From contig NC_011979.1 of NCBI RefSeq assembly GCF_000022265.1, positions 3,300,001 through 3,332,000 of the forward strand: a DNA stretch of 32,000 nucleotides, given 5' to 3'. The DNA comes from Geotalea daltonii FRC-32. GTDB lineage: Bacteria > Desulfobacterota > Desulfuromonadia > Geobacterales > Geobacteraceae. Positions 8,414 to 18,214 of the stretch are shown piece by piece (position 1 is the stretch's first letter; each line of letters begins with the position of its first letter). Position numbers and translations under genes: made by a program. The notes beneath the pieces are model-generated. The model saw only the letters and a program-made list of their open reading frames with translations. It did no database searches and was not told the origin of the DNA.

Positions 8414-8866
8414 ATGAAAAAGACCGTCGTAGCAACTCTCTTTCTTTTCGTCACAGGCATGGCTGCCGTGGCCCACGCAGGACTGGATGACTTCCTTTCC
8501 AGCCTCAACGTTCAGGCCAAAGCAGACCTGGGCGCCTTCAACGTCAAGCTTGGCGCACAGTTCGGCGTGCCGGTTCCCCAGGTGGAGCAGATCCTCAGGA
8601 CGGTGGCCGCTCCCGCCGACGCCTTCATGGTCCTGCAACTGAGCCAAATGGCGCAGGCCAAACCGGATACGGTTCTCCAGACATACAAGACCAAAAAGAG
8701 CAAGGGATGGGGCGTAATGGCCAAGGAACTGGGCATAAAACCCGGTTCATCAGAGTTCCATGCCCTGAAGAGCGGCAATCTATCCTTTACCGGCACCCCC
8801 GGTGGTGGCGCTTCGGACCACAGCAAAGGCAAAGGCAAGGGTAAAGGACGAGGACACAACAAGTAG
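8414..8866 (+). CDS. Small secreted protein of unknown function with a Gly/Lys-rich tail
   Basis: ATG at 8414 preceded by GGGAGG. Signal peptide [23 protein letters not shown]-terminus [12 protein letters not shown]. The track ORF (8351) starts upstream of the RBS. Confidence 0.6.
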   Translation: MKKTVVATLFLFVTGMAAVAHAGLDDFLSSLNVQAKADLGAFNVKLGAQFGVPVPQVEQILRTVAAPADAFMVLQLSQMAQAKPDTVLQTYKTKKSKGWGVMAKELGIKPGSSEFHALKSGNLSFTGTPGGGASDHSKGKGKGKGRGHNK

Positions 8867-8876
8867 TACCGTCAAC

Positions 8877-8906
8877 GTGGGACCGGGCGACGCGCCCGGT
8901 CCCACC
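8877..8906 (+). terminator. GC-rich hairpin after the small secreted protein gene (no adjacent U-tract)
   Basis: GTGGGACCGGGCG-ACG-CGCCCGGTCCCAC, a 13-bp perfect stem. A T7 run occurs only about 30 nt downstream. Confidence 0.4.
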
Positions 8907-8987
8907 GCATCATCTCACCTATGGATTTTTTTCCCATCCCAAGAGATTCCCAAAGGCAAAAAGAGGCTGCTGCCACGACCACTACCG

Positions 8988-9015
8988 TTGAATTCGGTCG
9001 CGGTTATGCTACAAT
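8988..9015 (+). promoter_or_regulatory. Sigma70-type promoter for rubrerythrin
   Basis: TTGAAT (8988-8993), 16-nt spacer, TACAAT (9010-9015), about 35 nt upstream of the ATG. Confidence 0.5.
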
Positions 9016-9050
9016 GCAGCGAACTAATTACGAAGGAAAGGAAACCGATC

Positions 9051-9626
9051 ATGACCATCAAGGGAACACAGACGGAAAAGAATATACTCACCGCTTTCTG
9101 CGGCGAGAGCCAGGCACGCAACCGCTATACCTACTTTGCTTCCAAAGCGAAGAATGAAGGCTTCGTTCAGATCTCCGATATTTTCGAAGAGACGGCAAAC
9201 CAGGAGAAGGAGCATGCAAAGCGGCTGTTCAAGCTTTTGGAAGGTGGAGAGGTCCAGATCACTGCAGCATTTCCCGCCGGTGTCATCGGAACCACTTTGG
9301 AGAACCTGGAAGAGGCAGCTGGCGGCGAGAACTACGAGCACACCCAGATGTATCCCGGCTTTGCCAAAGTGGCCAGAGAGGAAGGATTCCCCAAGATCGC
9401 CGACATCTTCATGGCCATCGCCGTCGCGGAAAAACAACACGAGAAACGGTACCTGGCTCTGAAAGCCAACATTGCCAACAATCGGGTTTTCAAAAAAGGA
9501 CAGCCGGTCGTCTGGCGATGCCGCAACTGTGGCTACATTCACGAAAACTCCACCGACGCCCCGGACAAATGCCCGGCATGCAATCACCCACAGGCCCATT
9601 TCGAGCTTTTAGGCGAAAACTGGTAG
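9051..9626 (+). CDS. rbr: Rubrerythrin
   Basis: 191 aa from the ATG at 9051 (RBS AAGGAAAGGAAA). Diiron ExxH motifs (EKEHAKR, EKQHEKR). C-terminal rubredoxin-like CRNCGY...CPACNHP. Confidence 0.92.
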   Translation: MTIKGTQTEKNILTAFCGESQARNRYTYFASKAKNEGFVQISDIFEETANQEKEHAKRLFKLLEGGEVQITAAFPAGVIGTTLENLEEAAGGENYEHTQMYPGFAKVAREEGFPKIADIFMAIAVAEKQHEKRYLALKANIANNRVFKKGQPVVWRCRNCGYIHENSTDAPDKCPACNHPQAHFELLGENW

Positions 9627-9646
9627 CCGCTGAAATAACGAAAATT

Positions 9647-9925
9647 ATGCAGTGGCACGTTTACATAATTCAGTGCTTGGACAGTTCCCTCTACACCGGA
9701 ATCACCACCGACATAACACGAAGGTTCAGGGACCATGCCGCAGGCCGGGGTGCAAAATATTTCCGCCTTCATCCCCCAAAGAAATTGGTTTACGTGGAGT
9801 CGGGACATTCCAGAAGCAGCGCCGGCAAAAGGGAGATAGAGATCAAACGCTTGAAGCGGGCCGAAAAAATCCGTTTAACCTTGCAGGCAATGTCACCGAT
9901 TGACGGCGGGAGTTTGAACGTATAA
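9647..9925 (+). CDS. Small GIY-YIG nuclease superfamily protein (UPF0213/YhbQ-like)
   Basis: 92 aa. WHVYIIQCLDSSLYTGITTDITRRFRDH...GAKYFR...LVYVE...REIEIKRL is the standard stand-alone GIY-YIG pattern. Confidence 0.8.
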   Translation: MQWHVYIIQCLDSSLYTGITTDITRRFRDHAAGRGAKYFRLHPPKKLVYVESGHSRSSAGKREIEIKRLKRAEKIRLTLQAMSPIDGGSLNV

Positions 9926-9951
9926 GTTGAATAATCATTTGCCTGGTGTCC

Positions 9952-10098
9952 CGTGCGGTTAGTTCTCTGCAAGAATTTCGAGGGATTTTGGTTCCCGGCA
10001 AGGCGCGGCGACGCAGGCCTAGCAGGGCCTAAGCCGAAAGCCGCAACACAGCCGGGGGCCAAAAGACCCGAAATTATCAAGAAAGAATTAACCGCACG
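9952..10098 (+). ncRNA. Candidate structured RNA / structured repeat, copy 2
   Basis: A 15-bp closing helix (9952-9966 with 10084-10098, one G-U). Helices 9974-9979/10070-10075 and 9982-9984/10067-10069. A 13-bp helix 9986-9998/10052-10064. Sequence blocks GAGGGAUUUUGGUUCCCGGCAAGG, GCGCGGCGACG and AAAAGACCC are shared with copy 1. Confidence 0.45.
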
Positions 10099-10128
10099 TG
10101 ACCACTAGTCTTTCCTGAAGGAGATCCC

Positions 10129-11280
10129 ATGGGCATTACACTTTTGGACATGTTGCTTAATGCCGGCCTTATCAACAAGGAGCAGTTCGAAGAAGCCTTG
10201 AAGAACCGCGTTCTTTATGGTGGAAAGATCGGCACCAGCCTTATAGAATTGGGATATTTAAAGGAAGAAGACCTGGCCCGCTTCCTGGGCAAGAAACTTG
10301 CCGTCCCCTTTGTCGGGGCCGATCGACTGCTTAACATCTCCCCTGAAATAATCGAGCTTATCCCGAAGGAACTGGCGCTGACCTATGGCGTTATTCCCAT
10401 TCATCGTGATAAAAAACGACTGTATCTTGTCATGTCCGATCCTGCCGATCTGAAAGCCATCGATGAACTCTCCTTCACGACCGGTTTCATCATCAATCCG
10501 GTTGCTGCACCCGAGCTACGTCTGATGCAAGCACTGGGTAAATACTACGATTATGAAGTGGACCGGCGCTATCTGCAGATACTGCAACGCATAGAGCATG
10601 AAAAACCGGCTGAAAAACCCAAAGTCCTGCCTTCAGCTAAAAAGGCCACTGATGAAATACCGGCAGCAACGGAGTCAGCACCTGCCGCTGCCCCAGAGAC
10701 TGCAAAAACGACAGCACCCGAGGCGGTCGAAGAAGATCATCTGCAAGAGGTTGAAATTGTCGATAACGAGGAATTGGTGCGGCGGGTCGGTCACTACTCC
10801 ATTGATCTGGTTTCCCAGACACTGGCCAAGGTGGATGACCGGGAAGAAATTGCCGATACCCTTGTGGGTTACCTGAGCCAGGAGTTCAAGCGGGTTGCCT
10901 TGTTCGTCATCAGAGGTGACGCTGCCTTCGGTTGGAAAGGTGTCAACAGGGGTGAGGGAATTCGCGACTTCAGCAAGGTAGTAGTCCCTTTCATGGGTCA
11001 ATCGGTGCTGAAGACGGTGACTGACGGTATGGCCTATTATCTGGGCTCGATTCCCGACACCTCTGAGAATATGGTCATGATTAGCGGCATGGGGGGAGAG
11101 AAACCTTCTGCCGCCCTGCTGCTCCCCCTGATCGTCTCCGGCCGGGTGGTGATGATCCTTTATGTTGACGGAGGAGAAAGGGAGCTTGGTGAACGGTTCA
11201 TGGAGCTGCACAGGCTTCTGGCCAAGGCCGTGCTCGCTTTTGAAATCCTCATCTTCAGGGAAAAAATCCTCATGCTGTGA
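10129..11280 (+). CDS. T2SSE_N (MshEN-like) domain protein with C-terminal GAF-like domain
   Basis: 383 aa. The N-terminus LLDMLLNAGLINKEQFEEAL ... KIGTSLIELGYLKEEDLARFLGKK resembles the tandem MshEN motif. A Pro/Ala/Glu-rich linker follows, then a C-terminal GAF-like fold (VALFVIRGD...LPLIVSGRVVMILYVD). RBS GAAGGAG. Confidence 0.7.
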   Translation: MGITLLDMLLNAGLINKEQFEEALKNRVLYGGKIGTSLIELGYLKEEDLARFLGKKLAVPFVGADRLLNISPEIIELIPKELALTYGVIPIHRDKKRLYLVMSDPADLKAIDELSFTTGFIINPVAAPELRLMQALGKYYDYEVDRRYLQILQRIEHEKPAEKPKVLPSAKKATDEIPAATESAPAAAPETAKTTAPEAVEEDHLQEVEIVDNEELVRRVGHYSIDLVSQTLAKVDDREEIADTLVGYLSQEFKRVALFVIRGDAAFGWKGVNRGEGIRDFSKVVVPFMGQSVLKTVTDGMAYYLGSIPDTSENMVMISGMGGEKPSAALLLPLIVSGRVVMILYVDGGERELGERFMELHRLLAKAVLAFEILIFREKILML

Positions 11281-11533
11281 CCTGGCAAATCTTCCCGGGG
11301 AATTCTGCTTAAGGGCCGGCTGGTGACGCCCGCCGGCCGATCATTCTTCACCCGGATCATCCCCGTAACCGCCTTACCCTTATTCACCCTGACAAAGCAA
11401 AAAGTGATAAACCGGCTCGCCTGGAAAGAGAGGCAGGAGCCTTCTTGACAGGCCACCCACCATAGACTACCATCCAATTGAACAGGATGAAACGTAATAG
11501 TACTCCTTTTCCATCTCATTTCCGGAGAAATCA

Positions 11534-13318
11534 ATGGAACAAAAGAATCTGGACGCGCTCATATGGAAGACGCACACCCTCTACCCTGGCCCACAGTCGG
11601 CTGAGCTGGAAAATGATTTCCAAAAGGCGCCGGCTAAGGCGATGGACTTCCGAGAGCGTTATCGGGGTAAGGTTGCGAGCCTTGACGGGGCTGGTTTGCT
11701 GCAGGCCCTTAAGGAATACGAAGAACTGGAAGAATTAATCGTCAAACCGCAGCTTTATGCCCATTTGCTCTTTGCCGCCGATTCCGAGGATGAAGTCAAT
11801 AAGCGTCTTTCGCAAAAGGCTGCTGAATTCGGCAATCAGATGAGCAGAGAGGTCCTCTTTTTCGATCTGGAGATCATTCAGCTGGAGGAGCCGGCTTTTT
11901 CTGTTCTGGCTGCCGATGAACGGCTGGCCAACTACCGCCATTACATGGAAAGCCAGCGCAAGTTCCGGCCGCACATGCTGCCGGAGCGGGAAGAAACCCT
12001 CCTGAAGCAGAAGAGCCTGACCGGTACAGAAGCCTTCTCCCGGCTTTTTGACGAAGTATCGGCATCTTTCCGTTACAAATTGGAGCTTGATGGGGAAGAA
12101 CAGGAACTTACCGGCGAGGAACTGCTGGGACTACTGCATCATCCACAAGCTTCGGTCAGAGAACGGGCCTTTACGGTCTTTCTCAAACGTCATGAAGAGC
12201 AGGCCATTGTCTTTTCCACGGTTTTCAACACGGTGGCACTGGATCACGGCCAGGATCAGGAGCTCCGCAGCTATCGGCATCCCATGGAACCCACCAATCT
12301 GGGCAATGAAATTCCTGCTGAGGTTGTGAACCGGTTGATGTCGGTCTCGGAAGCAAACTACCCGCTGGCCCAGGAATACTTCCGCATCAAGGCAAAACTG
12401 CTGAAGATGGATAGGTTGAAAAACACCGACGTCTATGCCCCTCTGGGGGACACTACCAGAAGATATACCTTCGACGAGGCCCGCGATCTGGCATTGGCAG
12501 CATACGGGCGGTTTTCACCCGCTTTTCGGGATATGGCCGCAGCTTTTTTCCATGAGGGGCGAGTAGATGCCCTGCCGCGGCCGGGTAAAAGCGGTGGCGC
12601 CTTCTGTATGGGGATGACGCCCTCTCTTCCCCCCTATGTCTTGCTCAACTTCACCGGCAATTTGCGCGATGTGGCCACAATTGCCCATGAATTGGGGCAC
12701 GGCATTCACTTCACACTGGCACAGCACCAGACCATGGTCAATTATCACGCTCCCCTTCCCCTGGCGGAAACAGCTTCAGTCTTCGGCGAAATGCTGCTCA
12801 CACGCCACCTGCTGGAGGAAGAGAATGATCCACAGGTTAAGATTGCCCTGCTCTGTGCACAAATAGAGGATATAATAGCCACCACTTTCCGGCAGAACGT
12901 CCTTACCCGGTTCGAGGAACGGATGCATCTGGAACGGCAGAACGGGCTTCTGACAGCGACAAGGCTCTGCGAGCTGTGGTGGGAGGAAAATGCCCGGCTT
13001 TTTGGGGATGCGGTGGAGATGATCGATGCGTATCGCTGGGGGTGGAGCTATATTTCCCACTTCATCCACGCCCGCTTCTACTGCTATTCCTATACGTTTG
13101 CCGAGCTCCTCGTCCTCTCCCTCTACCAAAGATATCTGTCTGAAGGAGAGGCCTTCATTCCCGTTTACCGGGAGATCCTCGCCAGTGGCGGCTCCCGATC
13201 ACCGGCAAATACGGTAAGATCGGCCGGTATAGACCTGTCAGCTCCCGATTTCTGGCAGAACGGCTACGATGTCCTTCGCGACCTCGTGGAAAATTTGAAA
13301 CTCTTGATCAAACCCTGA
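11534..13318 (+). CDS. pepF: Oligoendopeptidase F family (M3B) metallopeptidase
   Basis: 594 aa. HELGHGIH zinc motif with a downstream ETASVFGE. Overall PepF-like length and layout. Confidence 0.85.
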   Translation: MEQKNLDALIWKTHTLYPGPQSAELENDFQKAPAKAMDFRERYRGKVASLDGAGLLQALKEYEELEELIVKPQLYAHLLFAADSEDEVNKRLSQKAAEFGNQMSREVLFFDLEIIQLEEPAFSVLAADERLANYRHYMESQRKFRPHMLPEREETLLKQKSLTGTEAFSRLFDEVSASFRYKLELDGEEQELTGEELLGLLHHPQASVRERAFTVFLKRHEEQAIVFSTVFNTVALDHGQDQELRSYRHPMEPTNLGNEIPAEVVNRLMSVSEANYPLAQEYFRIKAKLLKMDRLKNTDVYAPLGDTTRRYTFDEARDLALAAYGRFSPAFRDMAAAFFHEGRVDALPRPGKSGGAFCMGMTPSLPPYVLLNFTGNLRDVATIAHELGHGIHFTLAQHQTMVNYHAPLPLAETASVFGEMLLTRHLLEEENDPQVKIALLCAQIEDIIATTFRQNVLTRFEERMHLERQNGLLTATRLCELWWEENARLFGDAVEMIDAYRWGWSYISHFIHARFYCYSYTFAELLVLSLYQRYLSEGEAFIPVYREILASGGSRSPANTVRSAGIDLSAPDFWQNGYDVLRDLVENLKLLIKP

Positions 13319-13326
13319 GTTTCAAC

Positions 13327-13360
13327 CTGCCCGACAGGTCGTCGATAACCTGTCGGGCAG
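13327..13360. terminator. Bidirectional hairpin terminator between convergent pepF and the M48 peptidase gene
   Basis: CTGCCCGACAGGT-N8-ACCTGTCGGGCAG, a 13-bp perfect stem. No strong U-tract on either side. Confidence 0.5.
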
Positions 13361-13387
13361 AGCAGCCAGAACACTGCCCCTTCTCAA

Positions 13388-14194
13388 TCACTGCTGCTGT
13401 ACCTTTGCCTTGATTCTGGAAAATTCAGGGGATGCCTGCGAAGCTCCGAAAGACTTTGGAGGAAGTTTGCCGATCTCCGCCTTGACGTTCTGGATGCGCT
13501 CCGAAGTCAAGGGGTGCGAGGAGAGAAATTTGGTTAGTTTTCCAGGCTCCTGTTTGTTCTCGGCCTGGAGTTTCTGGAAGAACTTTTCCATCCCCGCAGG
13601 GTCGTACCCCGCATTGTACATGGTTTTGACTCCCAGGTAATCGGCCTGGCTCTCCATGCCTCGACTGTAGTATAATGACCCGGCTTTGCCGAAAAGCTGC
13701 GAAGCAAGCTGGGCCAGCAGGTTCGGGTCCTGGCCAAGCACCAGCTGGAGCAGAAGTGAGTAACCGTACTGCTGGGTCAGCTGTCTGGTGGAATGCCGGG
13801 CGACAACGTGATTGATCTCATGGGCCATGACGGCCGCCAGCTCGTCCTCACTTTCGGCAGCCTTGATAAGGCCGGTATTGACATAGGTGTGACCGCCCGG
13901 AATGGCAAAGGCATTAATGTTGTCATCCTTGACAACCTTGAAGGTATAGGGGAACTCCACTTTCTCCACGCCGGTCAGAAGTTTTTCGCCAATCCTGTTG
14001 ATATAGGCCTGGACCTCCGGGTCTTTTACCACCTTTTGCTCCTTCTCTATCTCTGCGGCAAATTTTTCACCCAGCTGTTTCTCTTCTTCCACGGAAATGA
14101 GGTTGAAACCGCCGACTCTCTCCGGGTTGACAGCACAACCGTTACCGATAAACAGCAGAAGCAGAGACAGAAAAAAGAAGTGAAATCTCCCCAT
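13388..14194 (-). CDS. M48 family zinc metallopeptidase lipoprotein (BepA-like protease domain, no TPR domain)
   Basis: ATG at 14194 preceded by GAGGAGG. Signal plus lipobox LLLLFIGNGC. HEINHVVARH (HExxH). The track ORF start at 14212 lies upstream of the RBS. Confidence 0.8.
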   Translation of the reverse strand: MGRFHFFFLSLLLLFIGNGCAVNPERVGGFNLISVEEEKQLGEKFAAEIEKEQKVVKDPEVQAYINRIGEKLLTGVEKVEFPYTFKVVKDDNINAFAIPGGHTYVNTGLIKAAESEDELAAVMAHEINHVVARHSTRQLTQQYGYSLLLQLVLGQDPNLLAQLASQLFGKAGSLYYSRGMESQADYLGVKTMYNAGYDPAGMEKFFQKLQAENKQEPGKLTKFLSSHPLTSERIQNVKAEIGKLPPKSFGASQASPEFSRIKAKVQQQ

Positions 14195-14208
14195 GGCTGT
14201 ACCTCCTC

Positions 14209-14736
14209 TCAAGGCGAATTAGGTTGATCTTTCAGGGTACACTGGCGTTCCCATTCTCCGTAGCCGTCTCCCTGTATGTCCCAGAATGAATCTATGCGGC
14301 CTACATAGAAATCTCGGTCGTCACACTCCTTCTCGATGGTCTGCAGGTATTGAAATGAGATCAGTCCGTGTCCGTGCAGAAAACGGTAGAAAGAACGTAT
14401 CCCCTGCAGATGACGATCTATTTCGGCGTCGCTGGGCTCAAGGGTGTTGACGATGTACCAATTCCCGGCAAATTGCCGGACCAGGCCTGGACGTTCGCTG
14501 AAGATGTTCAATTGTTTTATGGCCACGATGAAATCGCGGATGAAATAATCTGCGGCAGAGGCCAGTGTCGTTGCCTCTGCCGCATCAATGCCCTGGGCAC
14601 AGGTTTCTTCATAAAAGCGAAGGAGAAGATCCTTGCATAGTCCGTCAACGCGCAGTTCGTCCTCCAACGTGTCCAGATTAAAAGAATTTTTATCCAGCTG
14701 CAAATTTTCAAAACATTCATCACATCGCTCAGCCAT
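14209..14736 (-). CDS. Hypothetical cytoplasmic protein (175 aa), no confident family
   Basis: An ORF with RBS GAGG, packed tightly between the permease and M48 genes. Acidic and Cys-containing. IRSFYRFLHGHGLIS resembles the helix of integrase SAM-like core-binding domains, but there is no catalytic domain. Confidence 0.5.
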   Translation of the reverse strand: MAERCDECFENLQLDKNSFNLDTLEDELRVDGLCKDLLLRFYEETCAQGIDAAEATTLASAADYFIRDFIVAIKQLNIFSERPGLVRQFAGNWYIVNTLEPSDAEIDRHLQGIRSFYRFLHGHGLISFQYLQTIEKECDDRDFYVGRIDSFWDIQGDGYGEWERQCTLKDQPNSP

Positions 14737-14757
14737 GGCAACCTCATTTTTAGTTAA

Positions 14758-15612
14758 TCACCACTTGTTTCGCGGGTCAAGGGCATCTCTGATCCCCTCC
14801 CCCACCAGGTAATAGGATAGTGTGGTAATGGTGATGGCCAATCCGGGAAAGAGAAAAAGCCACCAGGCAAATTCGAGAAATTCCTTGCCGGAGGCAAGGA
14901 TGTTACCCCAGCTAGGCTCGGGGGGCTGAACGCCAATCCCTAAAAAAGACAGGGAAGATTCGGTAAGAATGGCAGCTGCAATGCCCAGTGTGGCATAGAC
15001 CAACACCGGACCTATGGCATTGGGCAAAATGTGTCGAAAAATGATGCGCAGGTCCGAGCAGCCAATGGCACGCGCAGCCAGGACGAAATCCCGCTCCCGG
15101 AGGGAAAGGACCTCTGCCCGCACCAGTCGGGAAACCCCCATCCATCCGGTAAAACCGATGATGAGCATGATGTTCAGTATGGAGGGTTCCCTAATGGTCA
15201 CTATGGCCAATATGAGAAAGAAGGTGGGGAAACAGAGCATGATGTCGACGAAGCGCATGAGCAGACTGTCGACCCAGCCGCCATAGTAACCGGCAATAAG
15301 TCCGACGACGGTGCCGATTACCGTGGCAATGCCGATGGCGACAAAGCCGACCTTGAGGGAAACCCTGGCGCCAAAGACCATGCGGCTGAAGACATCACGC
15401 CCCAGATCATCGGTGCCGAACCAGTGGCTCGTGGAGGGGGGCAGAAGCACGTGGTAGGCATCGAGCGTGTTCGGCTGATAGGGGGTTATCGCCGGTGCCA
15501 AAAAGGAAATGAGGAACATGATGCAGACTACCAGGGCACCGGAAAGTGCCAAGGGATTTCCTCGGAAGCGCCTCCAGACGACATCCCGCAAGTAGCTGTC
15601 CCGCCTGGTCAT
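14758..15612 (-). CDS. ABC transporter permease, OppC/DppC family
   Basis: 284 aa. N-terminal [15 protein letters not shown] signature, six TM segments. Overlaps the upstream permease gene by 4 nt. Confidence 0.88.
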   Translation of the reverse strand: MTRRDSYLRDVVWRRFRGNPLALSGALVVCIMFLISFLAPAITPYQPNTLDAYHVLLPPSTSHWFGTDDLGRDVFSRMVFGARVSLKVGFVAIGIATVIGTVVGLIAGYYGGWVDSLLMRFVDIMLCFPTFFLILAIVTIREPSILNIMLIIGFTGWMGVSRLVRAEVLSLRERDFVLAARAIGCSDLRIIFRHILPNAIGPVLVYATLGIAAAILTESSLSFLGIGVQPPEPSWGNILASGKEFLEFAWWLFLFPGLAITITTLSYYLVGEGIRDALDPRNKW

Positions 15613-16598
15613 AATCCCCCCCCTCGCCCGTGACGAATGCGCGGGTCGGCGAGTGCGTAGCCCACATCGGCCAGAAGATTGCCGAGCAGGGTCAGGACCG
15701 CACCAATGACGAGTATCCCCATGACCAGCGGATAGTCCCGGGCCATCACCCCCTGATAGAAGAGTTGTCCCATGCCGGGGATGGAAAAGATGCTCTCGAA
15801 AATGACACTGCCGCCGATCAGGCCAGGCACAGAAAGGCCCAGCAGGGTTATCACCGGCAGCAGGGCGTTACGCAGGGCGTGCTTATAAACCACCGTCCGC
15901 TCGGAAAGCCCTTTGGCCCTGGCGGTGGTGATGTAATCCTGGCCGAGGGTATCGATCATGCCGCTCCTCATGTACCTTGACAACCCGGCCAGACTGCCGA
16001 ATGTGGCAACACTGACCGGCAGGACAAGATGTTTGGCCAGGTCCCACAACTGCCACCAGAAGCCGTGGGTTGCATAACCGAGGGAATGAAGACCTGAAAT
16101 GGGCAGCCAGCCGAGCTTGATGCCGAACAGGTACATGAGGATCAGGCTGAGCCAAAACAGCGGCGTTGCAAAGCCGAGGAAGACGAAAACCGTCGTCCAG
16201 CGGTCGAGAGGCCCATTGCGGTGGGTCGCAGCCATGACACCGATGGGTATGGCCAGGGCAAATTCAAGGATCAGCGAGATGATGTTCAGATTGATGGTGA
16301 TGGGGAGTCTTTCCCGGATCTTGGCCGCCACCGGTCGGCCATCGGGGGAGAAAGAGTTGCCGAAATCCAGGCGGGCCAGACGGGATACCCAGCGGTAATA
16401 CTGGACATGGATCGGCTTGTCCAGCTCGTAGTATTTCCGCAAGCGGTCCCTGGTCTCAGCTGACACTTTGGGATTCATGGCCACCTGCATCTCCACCGGT
16501 TCACCAGGGGTAAGGTGGATGACGCCGAAGGTAATGACGGTAATACCGATAAGCAGCGGTATCATCAGCAACATACGCTTTGCAAGATAGTAGATCAT
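15609..16598 (-). CDS. ABC transporter permease, OppB/DppB family
   Basis: Start ATG at 16598 ([14 protein letters not shown]) overlaps the SBP stop (ATGA). Motif [27 protein letters not shown]. Confidence 0.88.
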   Translation of the reverse strand: MIYYLAKRMLLMIPLLIGITVITFGVIHLTPGEPVEMQVAMNPKVSAETRDRLRKYYELDKPIHVQYYRWVSRLARLDFGNSFSPDGRPVAAKIRERLPITINLNIISLILEFALAIPIGVMAATHRNGPLDRWTTVFVFLGFATPLFWLSLILMYLFGIKLGWLPISGLHSLGYATHGFWWQLWDLAKHLVLPVSVATFGSLAGLSRYMRSGMIDTLGQDYITTARAKGLSERTVVYKHALRNALLPVITLLGLSVPGLIGGSVIFESIFSIPGMGQLFYQGVMARDYPLVMGILVIGAVLTLLGNLLADVGYALADPRIRHGRGGGL

Positions 16599-18214
16599 CA
16601 GTAGAGCTGCTCCTCCCTTGGAACATACCACCTGATGAAATTATACATGATTCCCGCCGGCGCCGGTTCTATCCCGCGAAACCGGGCATTTACGGTGGGC
16701 AATGCATCGGGCACATAGAGGAAGGTATAGGGTTGCTCTTCGGCCAGGATATCCTGGATGCGGAAATAGCAGCGCTTGCGCTCCTTCAAATCGAATGTGG
16801 AGCGTCCTTTTTCAATGAGCTGATCGACCTCTCTGTTTTTGAAACCGATGAAATTGAGCTCTCTGGGGCCGGTCTTGCTGGAATGCCAGACATCGAAAAG
16901 GTCTGGGTCGGGAGGAATGGACCACCCCATGATAATCGCTTCGAAATCCCCCTTGTCGATGAAATTCTTCAGGAACGATGCCCACTCCACCACCCTGACC
17001 TTAACATTGATGCCGACGGCTTTCAGGCGCTGTTGGATGATCAGAGCGGTCTTCAGGCGCAGGTCGTTTCCCTGATTGGTAAGGATGGTAAAGGAAAAGG
17101 GCTTGCCGTCTTTTACCAGCATGCCGGCTGAATTCAATTTCCATCCGGCCTCGGCCAGAAGTTTTCGTGCCCGGTCTGGATTATAGTCAAAATCTCCGAT
17201 ATCTGTTTTATGGGGCCAGGTACCCGGCTTGTATGGGCCATGGGCCACTTGCCCCATGCCGAGCAGGACCCCTTGAATGATCTCGTCCTTGTTGATGGCC
17301 GAGGACATGGCTTGCCGCACCCTTTTGTCCCGAAACAGTGGATGGCGCAGATTATAGCCCAGATAAGTGTAAATCGAAGCGGGATACCGGTACTTGTTAA
17401 ACCTGGAGAGAAATTCGGGTGTATCGGTCTGCCGCTGGTACTGCACCGGGTTCAGTCCCATGTAATCAAGCCCCCCTGCCTTCAGTTCCATATACATGGT
17501 TGAGCTGTCGGGAATGATGCGGTAGACGTAACGGTCGATCCGCGGCCGCCCCTCGAAGTAGTGGTGGTTGGATTCCAAAACCAGCTGCTGCCCGGCAGTC
17601 CACTCCTTGAACTTGTAGGGACCGGTTCCGACAGGATTGCGGCTCAACTCACTTTTGGTTATATCCTTCCCTTCCAGCAGGTGGGCAGGAAGAATTGATT
17701 GATCCCATGATTCCAAGGCAGGCGCGAAGGGCTTATCGTAGGTGACACGGAAGGTGTATGGATCTAGTGCCTCGGCCCGCTTCACCTGCTTGAAATTTTC
17801 GGCATAGGCGGTGGGCGTTTTCGGATCGATGGTCACTCGATAGGTATAAAGGACATCACGGGAGGTAAAGGGATGCCCGTCATGCCAGGTTACCCCTTTA
17901 CGCAGATGAAAGGTAATGGTCAGACCGTCTCTGGAAACATCCCATGATTGGGCAAGTTCTCCCTCCAGTTTCAGGTTTTTGTCATACCTGACAAGGCCGT
18001 TGTAGATCAGTCCGGCAATATCACGGGAAGCGGAATCAGAAGCCAGGATGGGAACAAGTGTGGAAGGTTCGCCGATGGAGCCGATAATGATAGCGTCTCC
18101 GTATGCGGGGGTACCGGCGTCCCTTGTGGTGGTTTCTGGTAATTTTTTATCCGTGCAGGATACAAGGAGGGTGAAAAATAACAGCCAGAGAGAGACTATC
18201 AGGCCGATCCTCAT
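16598..18214 (-). CDS. ABC transporter substrate-binding lipoprotein, family 5 (OppA/DppA/NikA-like)
   Basis: 538 aa. Lipobox LLVSC. Family-5 SBP length and motifs ([18 protein letters not shown]). The start overlaps the TPR gene stop (ATGA). Confidence 0.85.
   Translation of the reverse strand: MRIGLIVSLWLLFFTLLVSCTDKKLPETTTRDAGTPAYGDAIIIGSIGEPSTLVPILASDSASRDIAGLIYNGLVRYDKNLKLEGELAQSWDVSRDGLTITFHLRKGVTWHDGHPFTSRDVLYTYRVTIDPKTPTAYAENFKQVKRAEALDPYTFRVTYDKPFAPALESWDQSILPAHLLEGKDITKSELSRNPVGTGPYKFKEWTAGQQLVLESNHHYFEGRPRIDRYVYRIIPDSSTMYMELKAGGLDYMGLNPVQYQRQTDTPEFLSRFNKYRYPASIYTYLGYNLRHPLFRDKRVRQAMSSAINKDEIIQGVLLGMGQVAHGPYKPGTWPHKTDIGDFDYNPDRARKLLAEAGWKLNSAGMLVKDGKPFSFTILTNQGNDLRLKTALIIQQRLKAVGINVKVRVVEWASFLKNFIDKGDFEAIIMGWSIPPDPDLFDVWHSSKTGPRELNFIGFKNREVDQLIEKGRSTFDLKERKRCYFRIQDILAEEQPYTFLYVPDALPTVNARFRGIEPAPAGIMYNFIRWYVPREEQLY

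Noticed and set aside
8826-8850. GGCAAA/GGCAAG short tandem repeat
   Set aside because: It simply encodes the GKGKGKGKG tail of the small secreted protein. It is too short and coding to be a CRISPR array or a regulatory repeat.
8802-9050. N-terminal 83-codon extension of the rubrerythrin ORF
   Set aside because: The extension runs through the upstream gene's 3' end, a hairpin and the predicted promoter. A good RBS and the conserved rubrerythrin N-terminus begin at 9051.
9647-10098. GIY-YIG gene plus adjacent inverted-repeat element as a mobile homing-endonuclease cassette, retron or MITE
   Set aside because: The GIY-YIG protein is the short stand-alone UPF0213 type without DNA-binding extensions. 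No reverse transcriptase or transposase is present. The two element copies have unrelated terminal helices rather than conserved terminal repeats, and I see no target-site duplications. Copy 1 has no GIY-YIG neighbour.
11281-11533. 254-bp spacer upstream of pepF, examined for a riboswitch or sRNA
   Set aside because: It contains only a 7-bp GC hairpin (about 11314-11338, probably a weak terminator of the upstream gene) and a possible TTGACA-17-TACCAT promoter (11445-11473). No conserved RNA motif or extended structure was recognised.
15616-15623. C8 tract at the permease gene junction, and an A/T8 tract in lgt at 26758-26765
   Set aside because: These are shorter than typical phase-variable tracts. 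The first doubles as the G-rich RBS of the downstream permease and the Gly codons of the upstream one. Switching essential transport or lgt genes is implausible. Only the C10 tract in the kinase gene was kept as a finding.
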